From positions 62,001 through 126,000 of IMG/VR virus record IMGVR_UViG_3300044701_003953: a DNA stretch of 64,000 bases, one strand, 5' to 3'. A program made the translations under genes and the position numbers. Below the pieces are notes generated by a model. The model did not search any database and was not told the origin of the DNA. It saw only the letters and a program-made list of their open reading frames with translations. This document shows positions 9,666 to 18,975 of the stretch, one piece after another. Within the stretch, counting starts at the first letter, position 1; each line of letters starts with the position of its first letter.

Positions 9666-12600
9666 ATGGCCTACGATCCAAAAAAAGCCGCGGCCTTTAA
9701 TGCAGCCATTTCCCAAGGCCTCAGCGAAGACGAAGCACTAAAAACGGCTGGCATCAGCGACAATGAGGTTAGTAATTATTCCATCGACGAAGTTGGAAGC
9801 CAAAATCCCCAAGACCGTGACTACAACCCTAACTATGGTCAATTAACAAACTCCAGCATAGCCAGCCCGGTTAATACCGGAGGGACTCTTGTTACTACTC
9901 GGCCCGAAACGGTTGGCCCCACAGCCAGCGGGACTCCTTTGTCGGGAGTACCCACCGATGGTATACAAAACAGCAGCAATCGAGAACTCACACTGACTAG
10001 TACGCGACGAGCCGATCGAGAAGCCCAAGAAAGGGCCGCGGCCGAAGCAGCACAATCAGCCAATACAGCCACCGCACAAGAAAAACAATCAGCATCATCA
10101 GAAACGGCTGCAGATATAGTCAAGTCTGAAGAAAGAACAGACTTTACCGGCACCGATACACCAGTGGATGAGGAGGCCGGCGAGGAGGATGTACTTAGCG
10201 AAGAAGAACAGCAAAATCTTGATAACCCCACTGATTTTGAGTCCTTTGGCGAACAAACTGATCCCGGGGAAGCTACAGATACTCTGAGCTCGATAACTAG
10301 CAATGATCCCGGAGAATCACCTGATACCACAGAAAGTCTTGCTTCAATAACCGGCGAGGATCCTGGTTATGTGCCCGGCGAGACAGAAACTTTGCCTGAG
10401 GTAGTAGTAACAGCTAGTCGCATACCTTCCTATGTACCAGTGGAAAATCCTTTGCACGACTATGCCACTTATACCTACAACATCAGTTTGTTTGCCCTCA
10501 GCAGCGACGAATACAATCAAGCAGTAACAAACGAAGTTCGCTGGGATCGTGTTGGAAAATGTTTGATAGGTGGCGCCGGCAGATTCAATGATAACTCTAG
10601 TCGCCATCCTGCTTTCCGAGACGATTTTTACTTTGACGGTCTGAGACTTAATACTATAGTGGGCATGAACGCTAGAACTAAGGCTAGTAACGCCATAGAA
10701 ATCACATTTAATATCGTTGAGCCGTACGGCCTCACTTTGCTGGATCGTATCATTGATCTCGCCGCCACAATCAAACCATCTTGCAGGAACTATCTTGAAT
10801 TGCCTTATGCTTTGCGTATAGATTTTTTTGGCGCTACCGATGAAGGGGAAATGCCAAATCCTATACCTAATATGACCAAGTGGTTCCCGGTCAAGCTTCT
10901 AGAACTAAAGATGAAAGTGGGGACCAAAGGCACAGAATATTCTATCCGAGCCGTGCCCTACAATCATCAGGCACTCCAAGAAAGTACTGCTACCACTCCT
11001 ATTAATCTCGAAATAGATGCCAAAACAGTACAAGATTTCTTTGACGAAGGAGAAGCTGTCGTAGCCGAAACCGACGAGTTAGCAGCCTTTCGTGAAGCAG
11101 TTAAGCTAGATACAGTAAGAAACGATTCCGAGGCACTCCAGGCCTATCAAGCCCGCATCAAAGAATTAGAAAAAGGACTCAAGGTCAAATCTTCTAGTTA
11201 TACAGCCGGGGTCAATGCATGGTACCAATATCAAATTGAAACCGGTGCGAGAGAGTATACCGACCGTATAAGATTCGTAGTCGACAAAGAAATAGCCGAC
11301 TCTGCGATCGTGTTGCCAGATCGTACAGACCCCAGCAAGACTCCTGTTCCCGATCCTGGCACAGCCAAATCACGAGTGGCTAATGCACCAAACGCAGTCG
11401 GTCCAGATTTTAAAGCCACGGCTTTCAGTGTTAGTGCCGGCACCTCTGTACCTAGATTAGTTGACATGGTTATGCGGAACAGCAGTTATATACTGGATCA
11501 AGTTTCGGACCCGGCTACTAAGAGCCCCGAAGAAATAGCTAACAAGCGTGGTAAGCCCTTAAACTGGTACAAGATCATCCCTTCCATTAAACTAGATAAG
11601 TTTGATATAAAAACAAATCGTTGGGCCAGGACTATAACCTATCATATCAAACCCTATGTAGTTTACAACAGCAAGCATCCAATGGGTCCACAGAGTCGCC
11701 CTGAGGGGTTTGTGAAGATCTACAATTACATGTATACTGGACTCAACAGTGATATAATCGACTTCTCTATCGATTTTGACACTCTTTTCTACACAGCCAT
11801 CGAAGTCAACAGAGCAAGTTATCAGACCACTTCGGGTGCAGCTCGTACTACTACGCAGAATAAACCCAACGAAGTAGAAAATCCCAGCCAGGCTGGATCA
11901 ATCCAGCAGGTACAATATCTTCCTATCCCCGACAATCCTGGTGCCAGCGCAGCATTAGATGGCAACAGAGATCCTACTACCAAGACTGCCGCCAGTATAC
12001 AGAACAGTATCTATTCGGGTGCCCGAGGCGATATGTTGAACCTCAGATTAAAGATCATCGGAGATCCACATTTTATCAAACAGGACGACGTGTTGATCAA
12101 TCCAGCAGATCCCGAGTACGATGCTAAAATTTTCAATCAATTTAGTGAAAATGGCAGCTTGATCATGGATGCCGGCGAAATCTATGCTAGAGTCAATTTC
12201 CGCACTCCAGTTGACATCGACGACAAAACAGGATTAGTAAGATCTGATGGCAGGTACGTTGAAAGCAAATTTTCGGGACTTTATCGTATATTAAAAGTTG
12301 AAAGCGAATTCCGTTCGGGGCGATTTGAGCAAACCCTCGACATGATCAGGATATTTGATGACATATTAGAAGCAGCCACCACTGAAGATTCTCGCGAGAT
12401 AGAAGAAGATCCTGAAGGCGGAGCCGTTAGCGTCGACGTCGCCGGCGAAAATAGTTCAGGCGTAGTAGTCGAAGACACATCAGATGATGAAAATCAACAA
12501 GATGACGATCCAGCAGACACAAACACCAACGGGTGGGGCGAAGAAAATGAACCGTGGGATCCTGATTCGGAGTCCGCGCCGCCATCGGATTTTGACGAAG

Positions 12601-13031
12601 ACCCCGATCTAGAAGATATATCAGATCAAGACGAGGACATTGACATCGAAGACGATCGCGACGAAATGTCGTTAGAACCAGAGTCTTTCCCGGTGACGTC
12701 TTTTAGTCAACAAGAACAAATACAGGCGCAGGCAGATATCAATCCCGGGGTCAATGATCCGGTGACGGGCCCGGTGACTACCAATTCCGAAATAACTCAA
12801 ACAGTTTCTACTGTAGAAACTACTGGCGGTGGTGTCACTACACGAACAGCAGATACTTCGCCACCTCCGCAGACACAAGAGCAGTTGACTAAAGATCTCG
12901 AGTACGACATCATGTCAACTAAGAGAAGTCTTTCTTTCTATGAGCGTCGTGGAAACACCGCTAAAGTAGCAGAACTCAATTCAAAATTGTCCTCACTAGA
13001 ATCACAACTGGCGTCGGCACAAGGAAATTAA
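9666..13031 (+). CDS. baseplate hub-like structural protein with long acidic, low-complexity N- and C-terminal arms
   Basis: Between gp53-like and gp5-like genes; core ends in LRLKIIGDPHFI...FSGLYRILKVESEFRSGRFEQTL, typical of hub (gp27-like) proteins. Confidence 0.6.
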   Translation: MAYDPKKAAAFNAAISQGLSEDEALKTAGISDNEVSNYSIDEVGSQNPQDRDYNPNYGQLTNSSIASPVNTGGTLVTTRPETVGPTASGTPLSGVPTDGIQNSSNRELTLTSTRRADREAQERAAAEAAQSANTATAQEKQSASSETAADIVKSEERTDFTGTDTPVDEEAGEEDVLSEEEQQNLDNPTDFESFGEQTDPGEATDTLSSITSNDPGESPDTTESLASITGEDPGYVPGETETLPEVVVTASRIPSYVPVENPLHDYATYTYNISLFALSSDEYNQAVTNEVRWDRVGKCLIGGAGRFNDNSSRHPAFRDDFYFDGLRLNTIVGMNARTKASNAIEITFNIVEPYGLTLLDRIIDLAATIKPSCRNYLELPYALRIDFFGATDEGEMPNPIPNMTKWFPVKLLELKMKVGTKGTEYSIRAVPYNHQALQESTATTPINLEIDAKTVQDFFDEGEAVVAETDELAAFREAVKLDTVRNDSEALQAYQARIKELEKGLKVKSSSYTAGVNAWYQYQIETGAREYTDRIRFVVDKEIADSAIVLPDRTDPSKTPVPDPGTAKSRVANAPNAVGPDFKATAFSVSAGTSVPRLVDMVMRNSSYILDQVSDPATKSPEEIANKRGKPLNWYKIIPSIKLDKFDIKTNRWARTITYHIKPYVVYNSKHPMGPQSRPEGFVKIYNYMYTGLNSDIIDFSIDFDTLFYTAIEVNRASYQTTSGAARTTTQNKPNEVENPSQAGSIQQVQYLPIPDNPGASAALDGNRDPTTKTAASIQNSIYSGARGDMLNLRLKIIGDPHFIKQDDVLINPADPEYDAKIFNQFSENGSLIMDAGEIYARVNFRTPVDIDDKTGLVRSDGRYVESKFSGLYRILKVESEFRSGRFEQTLDMIRIFDDILEAATTEDSREIEEDPEGGAVSVDVAGENSSGVVVEDTSDDENQQDDDPADTNTNGWGEENEPWDPDSESAPPSDFDEDPDLEDISDQDEDIDIEDDRDEMSLEPESFPVTSFSQQEQIQAQADINPGVNDPVTGPVTTNSEITQTVSTVETTGGGVTTRTADTSPPPQTQEQLTKDLEYDIMSTKRSLSFYERRGNTAKVAELNSKLSSLESQLASAQGN

Positions 13032-13034
13032 ATA
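13027..13034 (+). promoter_or_regulatory. putative late promoter (ATTAAATA)
   Basis: TAAATA core 20 nt before the gp5-like ATG; includes the upstream stop codon, so it may be coincidental. Confidence 0.4.
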
Positions 13035-13054
13035 TCTAATGGAAATAATCAACT

Positions 13055-15175
13055 ATGTCTACTGATCGACGATTAGGAAACAAACTACCATATTGGGCCG
13101 ATAAAAATACCTCTACGGGTATCAAACTTGATCCGGGTCCGTTCGTTGGAGTTATAAAAAATAACGTGGATCCCACCAATAGTGGGCGTCTGCAAGTATA
13201 CATACCCGATCTGGGTGGCGACGAAAACAATGTACAAAATTGGCGCACTGTGGTCTACGCCAGTCCTTTCTTTGGCGCGACCAATCAGCCCGAAGCTACA
13301 AAAAATACTGAATTTGAAAAAGTCCTGCATACCTACGGTATGTGGATGGTACCGCCCGATGTGGGTAACGAAGTCTTGTGTACATTCGTCAACGGAGACC
13401 CCGGCCGGGGTTACTGGTTCGCTTGCGTTAATAAAAATCTCAGTCACGTCATGCTACCGGCCATTGGAACTTCTGGCCCATTTGATACAGATCGAGTCAA
13501 GAGTGAAAAAGTAAAAAATTCTCTGGCACAGAAATTCAGTCCGGTGCTCCCCGCGGCAGAATTCAATGAAAACGATCCAGCCAACATCACCGACTCATAT
13601 AGATCCAATAAAAAAGCCATCCATGAGTATCAAGCTGAGGTATTGATCGATCAAGGGCTCGACAAAGACCCCACACGTGGTGCCATAACGTCGTCGAGCC
13701 AGAGAGAAACTCCCAGCCAGGTATTTGGTATATCTACCCCGGGACGCCCTATCAATGACCCCGCCGACGATCCTAACTATGGTTTCTTGTTAGCATCGGG
13801 AGAGATTGAAGAAGAAAAATATGCAGTAAGAAGTCGAAAAGGTGGTCATAGTTTTGTTATGGACGATGGCGCCATTGACAGTGGCCGGGACCAATTGATA
13901 CGATTGCGTACCGCAGGTGGGCACCAGATACTCATGCATGATACAGATCGTATCCTATATGTGGCCAACAGCGACGGATCCGTATGGATGGAATTTACTG
14001 GATCGGGTCATCTTAACGTCTATTCGGCCGGTGGCATCAATATACGGACTGAAGGTGACCTCAACATGCATTCGGCAGGAAATATGAGATTTCATTCTGA
14101 GGGATCCTTTAATGTTCGGGCCAACAAAGGAATAAATCTCGACACAAGCAATTTAGTCCTTAAGGCGAGCGAGGACATTACCAGTTATGCAGTAGGTAAA
14201 ATCAAGATTGGCAGTGCCGGTGATATTGTGTTGGATGCCGGCAGCAAAGGAGAATTTACTAGCCAGGGCGATATGAGGTTTCAGGGATCTAGGATTGATC
14301 TCAATAACGGACCCGGACAAAAAGTCAACGATCCTGGCAATATACCTCTTTTATTACACCCTGACGTTGTGAGGGAAAGTGAATTGCACCCTTGGATATC
14401 TAAAGCCAATCAAGTCACTTCTATTGCCACGATTGCCCCTGGACACGAGCCATGGCCTAGGAACAAAGGTTATCAACAGAAACAACCAACACAAGGTGGT
14501 GAAAACATTGCTGCTCAACCTGCGCCATCAAAGGCGCCCGAGCCTCCTGGGACTTATTCACGTGACCCAGGCCCGGATGGTGCGCTAGGCAAAGCTCCAT
14601 TAAAACCAATTGATCCAAGTTGGCTAGATCGACCCGACGCACCTAATCCACCGGGCGGTGTGGGCAATCTCAGTCAATTTGAGACCAAGGCCCTTATGGC
14701 GCAGATCGCTTACAGTGAAAGTTCGTGGAATTATCGTGCCAAAAACAGCCTTAACTATGTAGGAAGATATCAGACTGGTGCCGCAGTGCTTTCCGATCAG
14801 GGTTATATCAAACAAGAATTTTACAAGCAATATCGTAACGGAGCAGTCAATTACCCTTCTGCATGGACTGGCAAAGATGGTATCAATAGCTTAGATGACT
14901 ATTTCAACAACAAAGGCGTACAAGAGAGAGTAATGTATGAGCTTATGCAAAGCAACTATAAAACCATGGTCAGGATAGGCGCTATAAAAAGTGGCGATGA
15001 CAAACAGACCGTGGCTGGGATGTTGCAGGTGGCGCATTTGTTAGGTGCCGGCGGAGCAAAAACTTGGCGTAATACTGGCGGCGGTGCTGATGCAAATGGT
15101 ACGTCAGGAGAAGCATATTTTAATAAGGGTCGTTATGCAGTAAACACACTAGCCGGCGGTTCTGCCGCGGCGTAA
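13055..15175 (+). CDS. baseplate central spike, gp5/VgrG-like, with C-terminal lysozyme-like domain
   Basis: OB-fold motifs (NNVDPTNSGRLQVYIP, GMWMVPPDVGNEVLCTF), beta-helix region (GHSFVMDD, IRLRTAGGHQILMHD), Pro-rich linker, C-terminal SESSWNY...GRYQ...AHLLGAGG. Confidence 0.82.
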   Translation: MSTDRRLGNKLPYWADKNTSTGIKLDPGPFVGVIKNNVDPTNSGRLQVYIPDLGGDENNVQNWRTVVYASPFFGATNQPEATKNTEFEKVLHTYGMWMVPPDVGNEVLCTFVNGDPGRGYWFACVNKNLSHVMLPAIGTSGPFDTDRVKSEKVKNSLAQKFSPVLPAAEFNENDPANITDSYRSNKKAIHEYQAEVLIDQGLDKDPTRGAITSSSQRETPSQVFGISTPGRPINDPADDPNYGFLLASGEIEEEKYAVRSRKGGHSFVMDDGAIDSGRDQLIRLRTAGGHQILMHDTDRILYVANSDGSVWMEFTGSGHLNVYSAGGINIRTEGDLNMHSAGNMRFHSEGSFNVRANKGINLDTSNLVLKASEDITSYAVGKIKIGSAGDIVLDAGSKGEFTSQGDMRFQGSRIDLNNGPGQKVNDPGNIPLLLHPDVVRESELHPWISKANQVTSIATIAPGHEPWPRNKGYQQKQPTQGGENIAAQPAPSKAPEPPGTYSRDPGPDGALGKAPLKPIDPSWLDRPDAPNPPGGVGNLSQFETKALMAQIAYSESSWNYRAKNSLNYVGRYQTGAAVLSDQGYIKQEFYKQYRNGAVNYPSAWTGKDGINSLDDYFNNKGVQERVMYELMQSNYKTMVRIGAIKSGDDKQTVAGMLQVAHLLGAGGAKTWRNTGGGADANGTSGEAYFNKGRYAVNTLAGGSAAA

Positions 15176-15178
15176 ATA
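15171..15178 (+). promoter_or_regulatory. putative late promoter (CGTAAATA), near-leaderless
   Basis: TAAATA ends 7 nt before ATG 15186; no Shine-Dalgarno in between. Confidence 0.45.
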
Positions 15179-15185
15179 CATTATT

Positions 15186-15563
15186 ATGCCAATACTTTAT
15201 CGTGGATTCAGCACACAAACTAACAGCAAAAAGTTTCGCCTCGCGGACTTTGATTTAGTGAGACAAGACCTCATCAATCACTTCGGTATACGAAAAGGGG
15301 AAAAGTTGATGAACCCCGAGTTTGGGACCATAATATGGAATATGCTGTTTGATCCACTGACACCAGAGGTCAGAAAAGTCATTATCGACGACATCAAACA
15401 AATCATTGGATATGATCCACGACTAGCGGTAGACCAAGTGATACTCGATGAGTATGAACATGGATTGCAAATAGAAATCGACCTTAGATACGTGACCACA
15501 GACCAACGAAACATCCTGAAATTAAGGTTTGATCGAGAGCGACAAACCATGATGGCAGCTTAA
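15186..15563 (+). CDS. gp25: baseplate wedge subunit gp25-like
   Basis: LINHFGIRKGEKLMNPEFGTIIWNMLFDP...YDPRL; directly before the gp6-like gene. Confidence 0.88.
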   Translation: MPILYRGFSTQTNSKKFRLADFDLVRQDLINHFGIRKGEKLMNPEFGTIIWNMLFDPLTPEVRKVIIDDIKQIIGYDPRLAVDQVILDEYEHGLQIEIDLRYVTTDQRNILKLRFDRERQTMMAA

Positions 15564-15584
15564 TATTAGCCGTTTATAAAAAGC

Positions 15585-15592
15585 GGTAAATA
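15585..15592 (+). promoter_or_regulatory. putative late promoter (GGTAAATA)
   Basis: Intergenic TAAATA core 18 nt before the gp6-like ATG. Confidence 0.5.
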
Positions 15593-15610
15593 ACGAAAAC
15601 GGTAGATATT

Positions 15611-18600
15611 ATGGCGCTGACTACAAGACAAACCAATTTACTCGTCCAGCAAGACTGGACTAAGATCTATCAGACCTTCAAAGAAGCTGACTTCCAGAGT
15701 TACGACTTTGAAACTCTGCGCAAGACGATGATCGATTACTTGCGCACTTATTACCCTGAAGATTTCAACGACTTCATTGAAAGTTCAGAATATATAGCTC
15801 TGATCGACCTGATAGCATTCCTAGGTCAAAGCCTGGCGTTCCGTGCCGACCTGAATGCTCGAGAAAATTTTATCGACACGGCTGAGCGCAGAGATAGCGT
15901 CCTGAAATTGGCACGCATGATCAACTATACGCCCAAACGTAATATTCCTGCGTCGGGCTTGTTGAAAATCGATTCTATATCAACTACTGAAAGCGTCACT
16001 GACAGCAACGGCATTAATCTTGCTAATCTTATCATTTCCTGGAATGATTCTACCAATGACAATTGGCAAGAACAATTTAATGCAATCATGAATTCGGCTC
16101 TGGTCAACAGCCAAATCATTGGCAAGCCCGGTAATACACAACTCATTAACAATATACGAACAGATGAATATTCTGTTAGCATCGAGCCCGGGGTGGTACC
16201 AATCTATAGATTTACCTCAACAGTAGAAGGCGCTTCGATGAATTTTGAAGCGGTATCGGCTACTACCGCAGGTCAGGCCTATATCTATGAGATTGAACCA
16301 AAACCTTCGTCAAAATTTAACGTACTTTACCGCAACGACAATCTAGGAAATTCTTCGAATAGCACTGGCTACTTTGTTTACTTTAAACAAGGGCAGATTT
16401 CTAGCGCCGATTTTTCTGTCAATGAAAGCCTACCTAATCGTGTAGTGGCCATGAACTTTGACAATATCAACAACAATGATGTCTGGTTATATAGCGTAAG
16501 CAGCCAGGGAATCTTGTCAACATCATGGAAACGTATTCCTGCGGTAGCCGGCATCAATGTAGTTTATAATAAAAGCGAAGATCGTAATCTTTATCAAGTC
16601 AACAGCCGTGTCAGTGATCAAGTTGACCTTGTGTTTGGTGACGGTGCATTTGCTAACATACCTCGCGGAAATTTCCGTTTTTATTATCGCCAGAGCAATG
16701 GCCTTACTTACAAAATTACTCCCGACGAAATGCAAAACATCTCGATACCTATCGAGTATGTGAGCCGCAAAGGTCGTACGGAAACACTGACACTTCGGGT
16801 AAGCCTGAACTATACCATAGCTAATGCTACCGCTCGAGAAACCCTCGACGAAATACGAACGAAAGCACCTCAACAGTTCTACACGCAGAACCGTATGATC
16901 ACCGGCGAAGACTACAACATCTTCCCATACACAGCCTTTTCTACTGTACTCAAGGCCAAAGCAGTGAACCGCACCAGTTCCGGAGTGAGTCGATTCCTTG
17001 ATGTACTTGATGTTACCGGCAAATACAGTTCCACAAATATCTATGCCAGCGACGGCATAATATATCGAGATGAATATGTAAAGAGTTTACAGTTTGACTA
17101 TCAAACCGACAATGAAATTTATTCAGTGGTCTACAATCAAATCAATCCTATAATTTCAGGCAAGAGCATGCAGCATTTCCATTATTCTCAAGTGAAGAGA
17201 TTGCCGATATCAGGCGTCACATGGAAATCTCTGCGCATCGCTACCAATGCCAATGTTGGTCAGTTAGTCGACGAGAATGGCGATGCTGTTTCTTCTGGGA
17301 CAACTGCATCTGATAATAAAAGATACATAGTCCCTTATGCGATGTTGAGATTTTCGGCCGGCCCCGGAAAATATTTTACTGGCAGCGGAAAGATAGTCTC
17401 GGGACAGCCTACAAAAGACAGTGATCGTCGCTACATCTATGCCGCTGTCATCACCAGCGACATCGATAGTAAACAGTTGACTCTTAATCAGTTAGTTCCA
17501 ACTGGAGCTATTGTTGACGAAATCATACCGGTATTTAAAAATTCCATCAGCGACGATTTTGTAAAAACCGTTGTTGGATATATCAAGGTCTACAAAGACT
17601 TTGGTCTGAGATACGACATAGAAACCGCGAGTTGGAAAATCATCGAAAAAGAGTATCTAGGCGGCGAGGAGTATTCGGACGAGTATGCCGGGTCAACAAA
17701 TCCAGGGTCCGACAGTAGTTGGCTAGTTAAGTTCCGATACAACGGAAATCAGTATGTGGTTGATTATCGTGGTTTAGATTACTACTTTGAAAGCGTGACC
17801 GAAACTAAATTTTATTTTGACGATCGCTTAAAAATATTTGACAGCAAGACCGGCAGAACTGTCAATGACTATATCAATGTGCTAAGATTTAATACCGAAC
17901 CCGATAGTTCGTTGCCATTGACTAACAATTTAATTTGGTATGTTTATAAAAATGTTGTTGAGCCCGACGGTTATGTCAACAATAATAAAATACTTCTGAC
18001 TTTCCCTGATTCTGACAACGACGGAGTACCCGACAATCCTGATCTCTTTGAACTAATCGTGTCACCCGAGGTTAACCCCACAGAAAAGCTCGTTTATTTC
18101 CAAGTTGATTCGTCTTCAAATTCGTTCGTTGAGTATCATGCCATTGATGGCTCCAATATTGTTTCTCAATATTCTGTGCGCAATGAAATTTTAGATAACT
18201 TAAATTCTTACGCTGTTGGGCAAGTATTTTATGCTTATCAAGAAAAAAGATTTTATTTTTATAGTCCTGTCCTATTCCGATTAGTTGAGACAACAGATTA
18301 TCTTGCCAAGCAAGGAAGATCGGGAATTAATTTTCAGTATAGACACAATAGCCCTAACCAGCGCCGGATCGATCCAAGTCCCAATAATATCATGGACTTG
18401 TTTATCTTGACGAAAACTTATACCACAGATTATCTTGCTTGGATCAAGGATACATCAAATACCGTAGAAGAACCAACGGAGCCTACAAGCGAAGAACTCA
18501 AGTTGGAGTATGGTATCCTTGAAAATTACAAAGCAATGAGCGACACGATCATTTATAACTCGGCAAAATTTAAACCAATCTTTGGAAGCCGTGCTGAGTC

Positions 18601-18961
18601 TAATCTGCGTGCCAAATTTAAAGTGGTTAAAAACCCCAATCTACTCATTAGCGACAGCGATATCAAAACATCATTGATCGCGGCCGTAAATTCTTATTTT
18701 GATGTCAACAACTGGGACTTCGGCGAAACATTTTATTTCTCTGAGCTCAGCGCATATCTACACAATCGTCTTAGCCCCGACATAGCGTCGGTAATCATCG
18801 TGTCTGAGAATAGTAATATTCCATTTGGGAACCTTTATCAAATCAACGCCGAGCCAGACGAAATTATTATTTCTGCCGCCACCGTCAATGATGTTGAAAT
18901 TATTTCGTCGATTACCGCTTCACAAATCAACCAGATTTCTGCAGGCTTAAATATTACATAA
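15611..18961 (+). CDS. gp6: baseplate wedge subunit gp6-like (extended, 1116 aa)
   Basis: DFETLRKTMIDYL, ENFIDTAERRDSVLKLARMINYTP, FGDG, ETLDEIRTKAP...QNRMITGEDY, C-terminal DFGETFYFSEL. Confidence 0.88.
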   Translation: MALTTRQTNLLVQQDWTKIYQTFKEADFQSYDFETLRKTMIDYLRTYYPEDFNDFIESSEYIALIDLIAFLGQSLAFRADLNARENFIDTAERRDSVLKLARMINYTPKRNIPASGLLKIDSISTTESVTDSNGINLANLIISWNDSTNDNWQEQFNAIMNSALVNSQIIGKPGNTQLINNIRTDEYSVSIEPGVVPIYRFTSTVEGASMNFEAVSATTAGQAYIYEIEPKPSSKFNVLYRNDNLGNSSNSTGYFVYFKQGQISSADFSVNESLPNRVVAMNFDNINNNDVWLYSVSSQGILSTSWKRIPAVAGINVVYNKSEDRNLYQVNSRVSDQVDLVFGDGAFANIPRGNFRFYYRQSNGLTYKITPDEMQNISIPIEYVSRKGRTETLTLRVSLNYTIANATARETLDEIRTKAPQQFYTQNRMITGEDYNIFPYTAFSTVLKAKAVNRTSSGVSRFLDVLDVTGKYSSTNIYASDGIIYRDEYVKSLQFDYQTDNEIYSVVYNQINPIISGKSMQHFHYSQVKRLPISGVTWKSLRIATNANVGQLVDENGDAVSSGTTASDNKRYIVPYAMLRFSAGPGKYFTGSGKIVSGQPTKDSDRRYIYAAVITSDIDSKQLTLNQLVPTGAIVDEIIPVFKNSISDDFVKTVVGYIKVYKDFGLRYDIETASWKIIEKEYLGGEEYSDEYAGSTNPGSDSSWLVKFRYNGNQYVVDYRGLDYYFESVTETKFYFDDRLKIFDSKTGRTVNDYINVLRFNTEPDSSLPLTNNLIWYVYKNVVEPDGYVNNNKILLTFPDSDNDGVPDNPDLFELIVSPEVNPTEKLVYFQVDSSSNSFVEYHAIDGSNIVSQYSVRNEILDNLNSYAVGQVFYAYQEKRFYFYSPVLFRLVETTDYLAKQGRSGINFQYRHNSPNQRRIDPSPNNIMDLFILTKTYTTDYLAWIKDTSNTVEEPTEPTSEELKLEYGILENYKAMSDTIIYNSAKFKPIFGSRAESNLRAKFKVVKNPNLLISDSDIKTSLIAAVNSYFDVNNWDFGETFYFSELSAYLHNRLSPDIASVIIVSENSNIPFGNLYQINAEPDEIIISAATVNDVEIISSITASQINQISAGLNIT

Positions 18962-18975
18962 ACATTGGGTGACAC

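Noticed and set aside
8484-18961. Bacterial T6SS or extracellular contractile injection system instead of phage
   Set aside because: Linked gp55/gp46/gp47, late-promoter motifs, thyA/DHFR and phage-style gene packing indicate a lytic T4-like phage.
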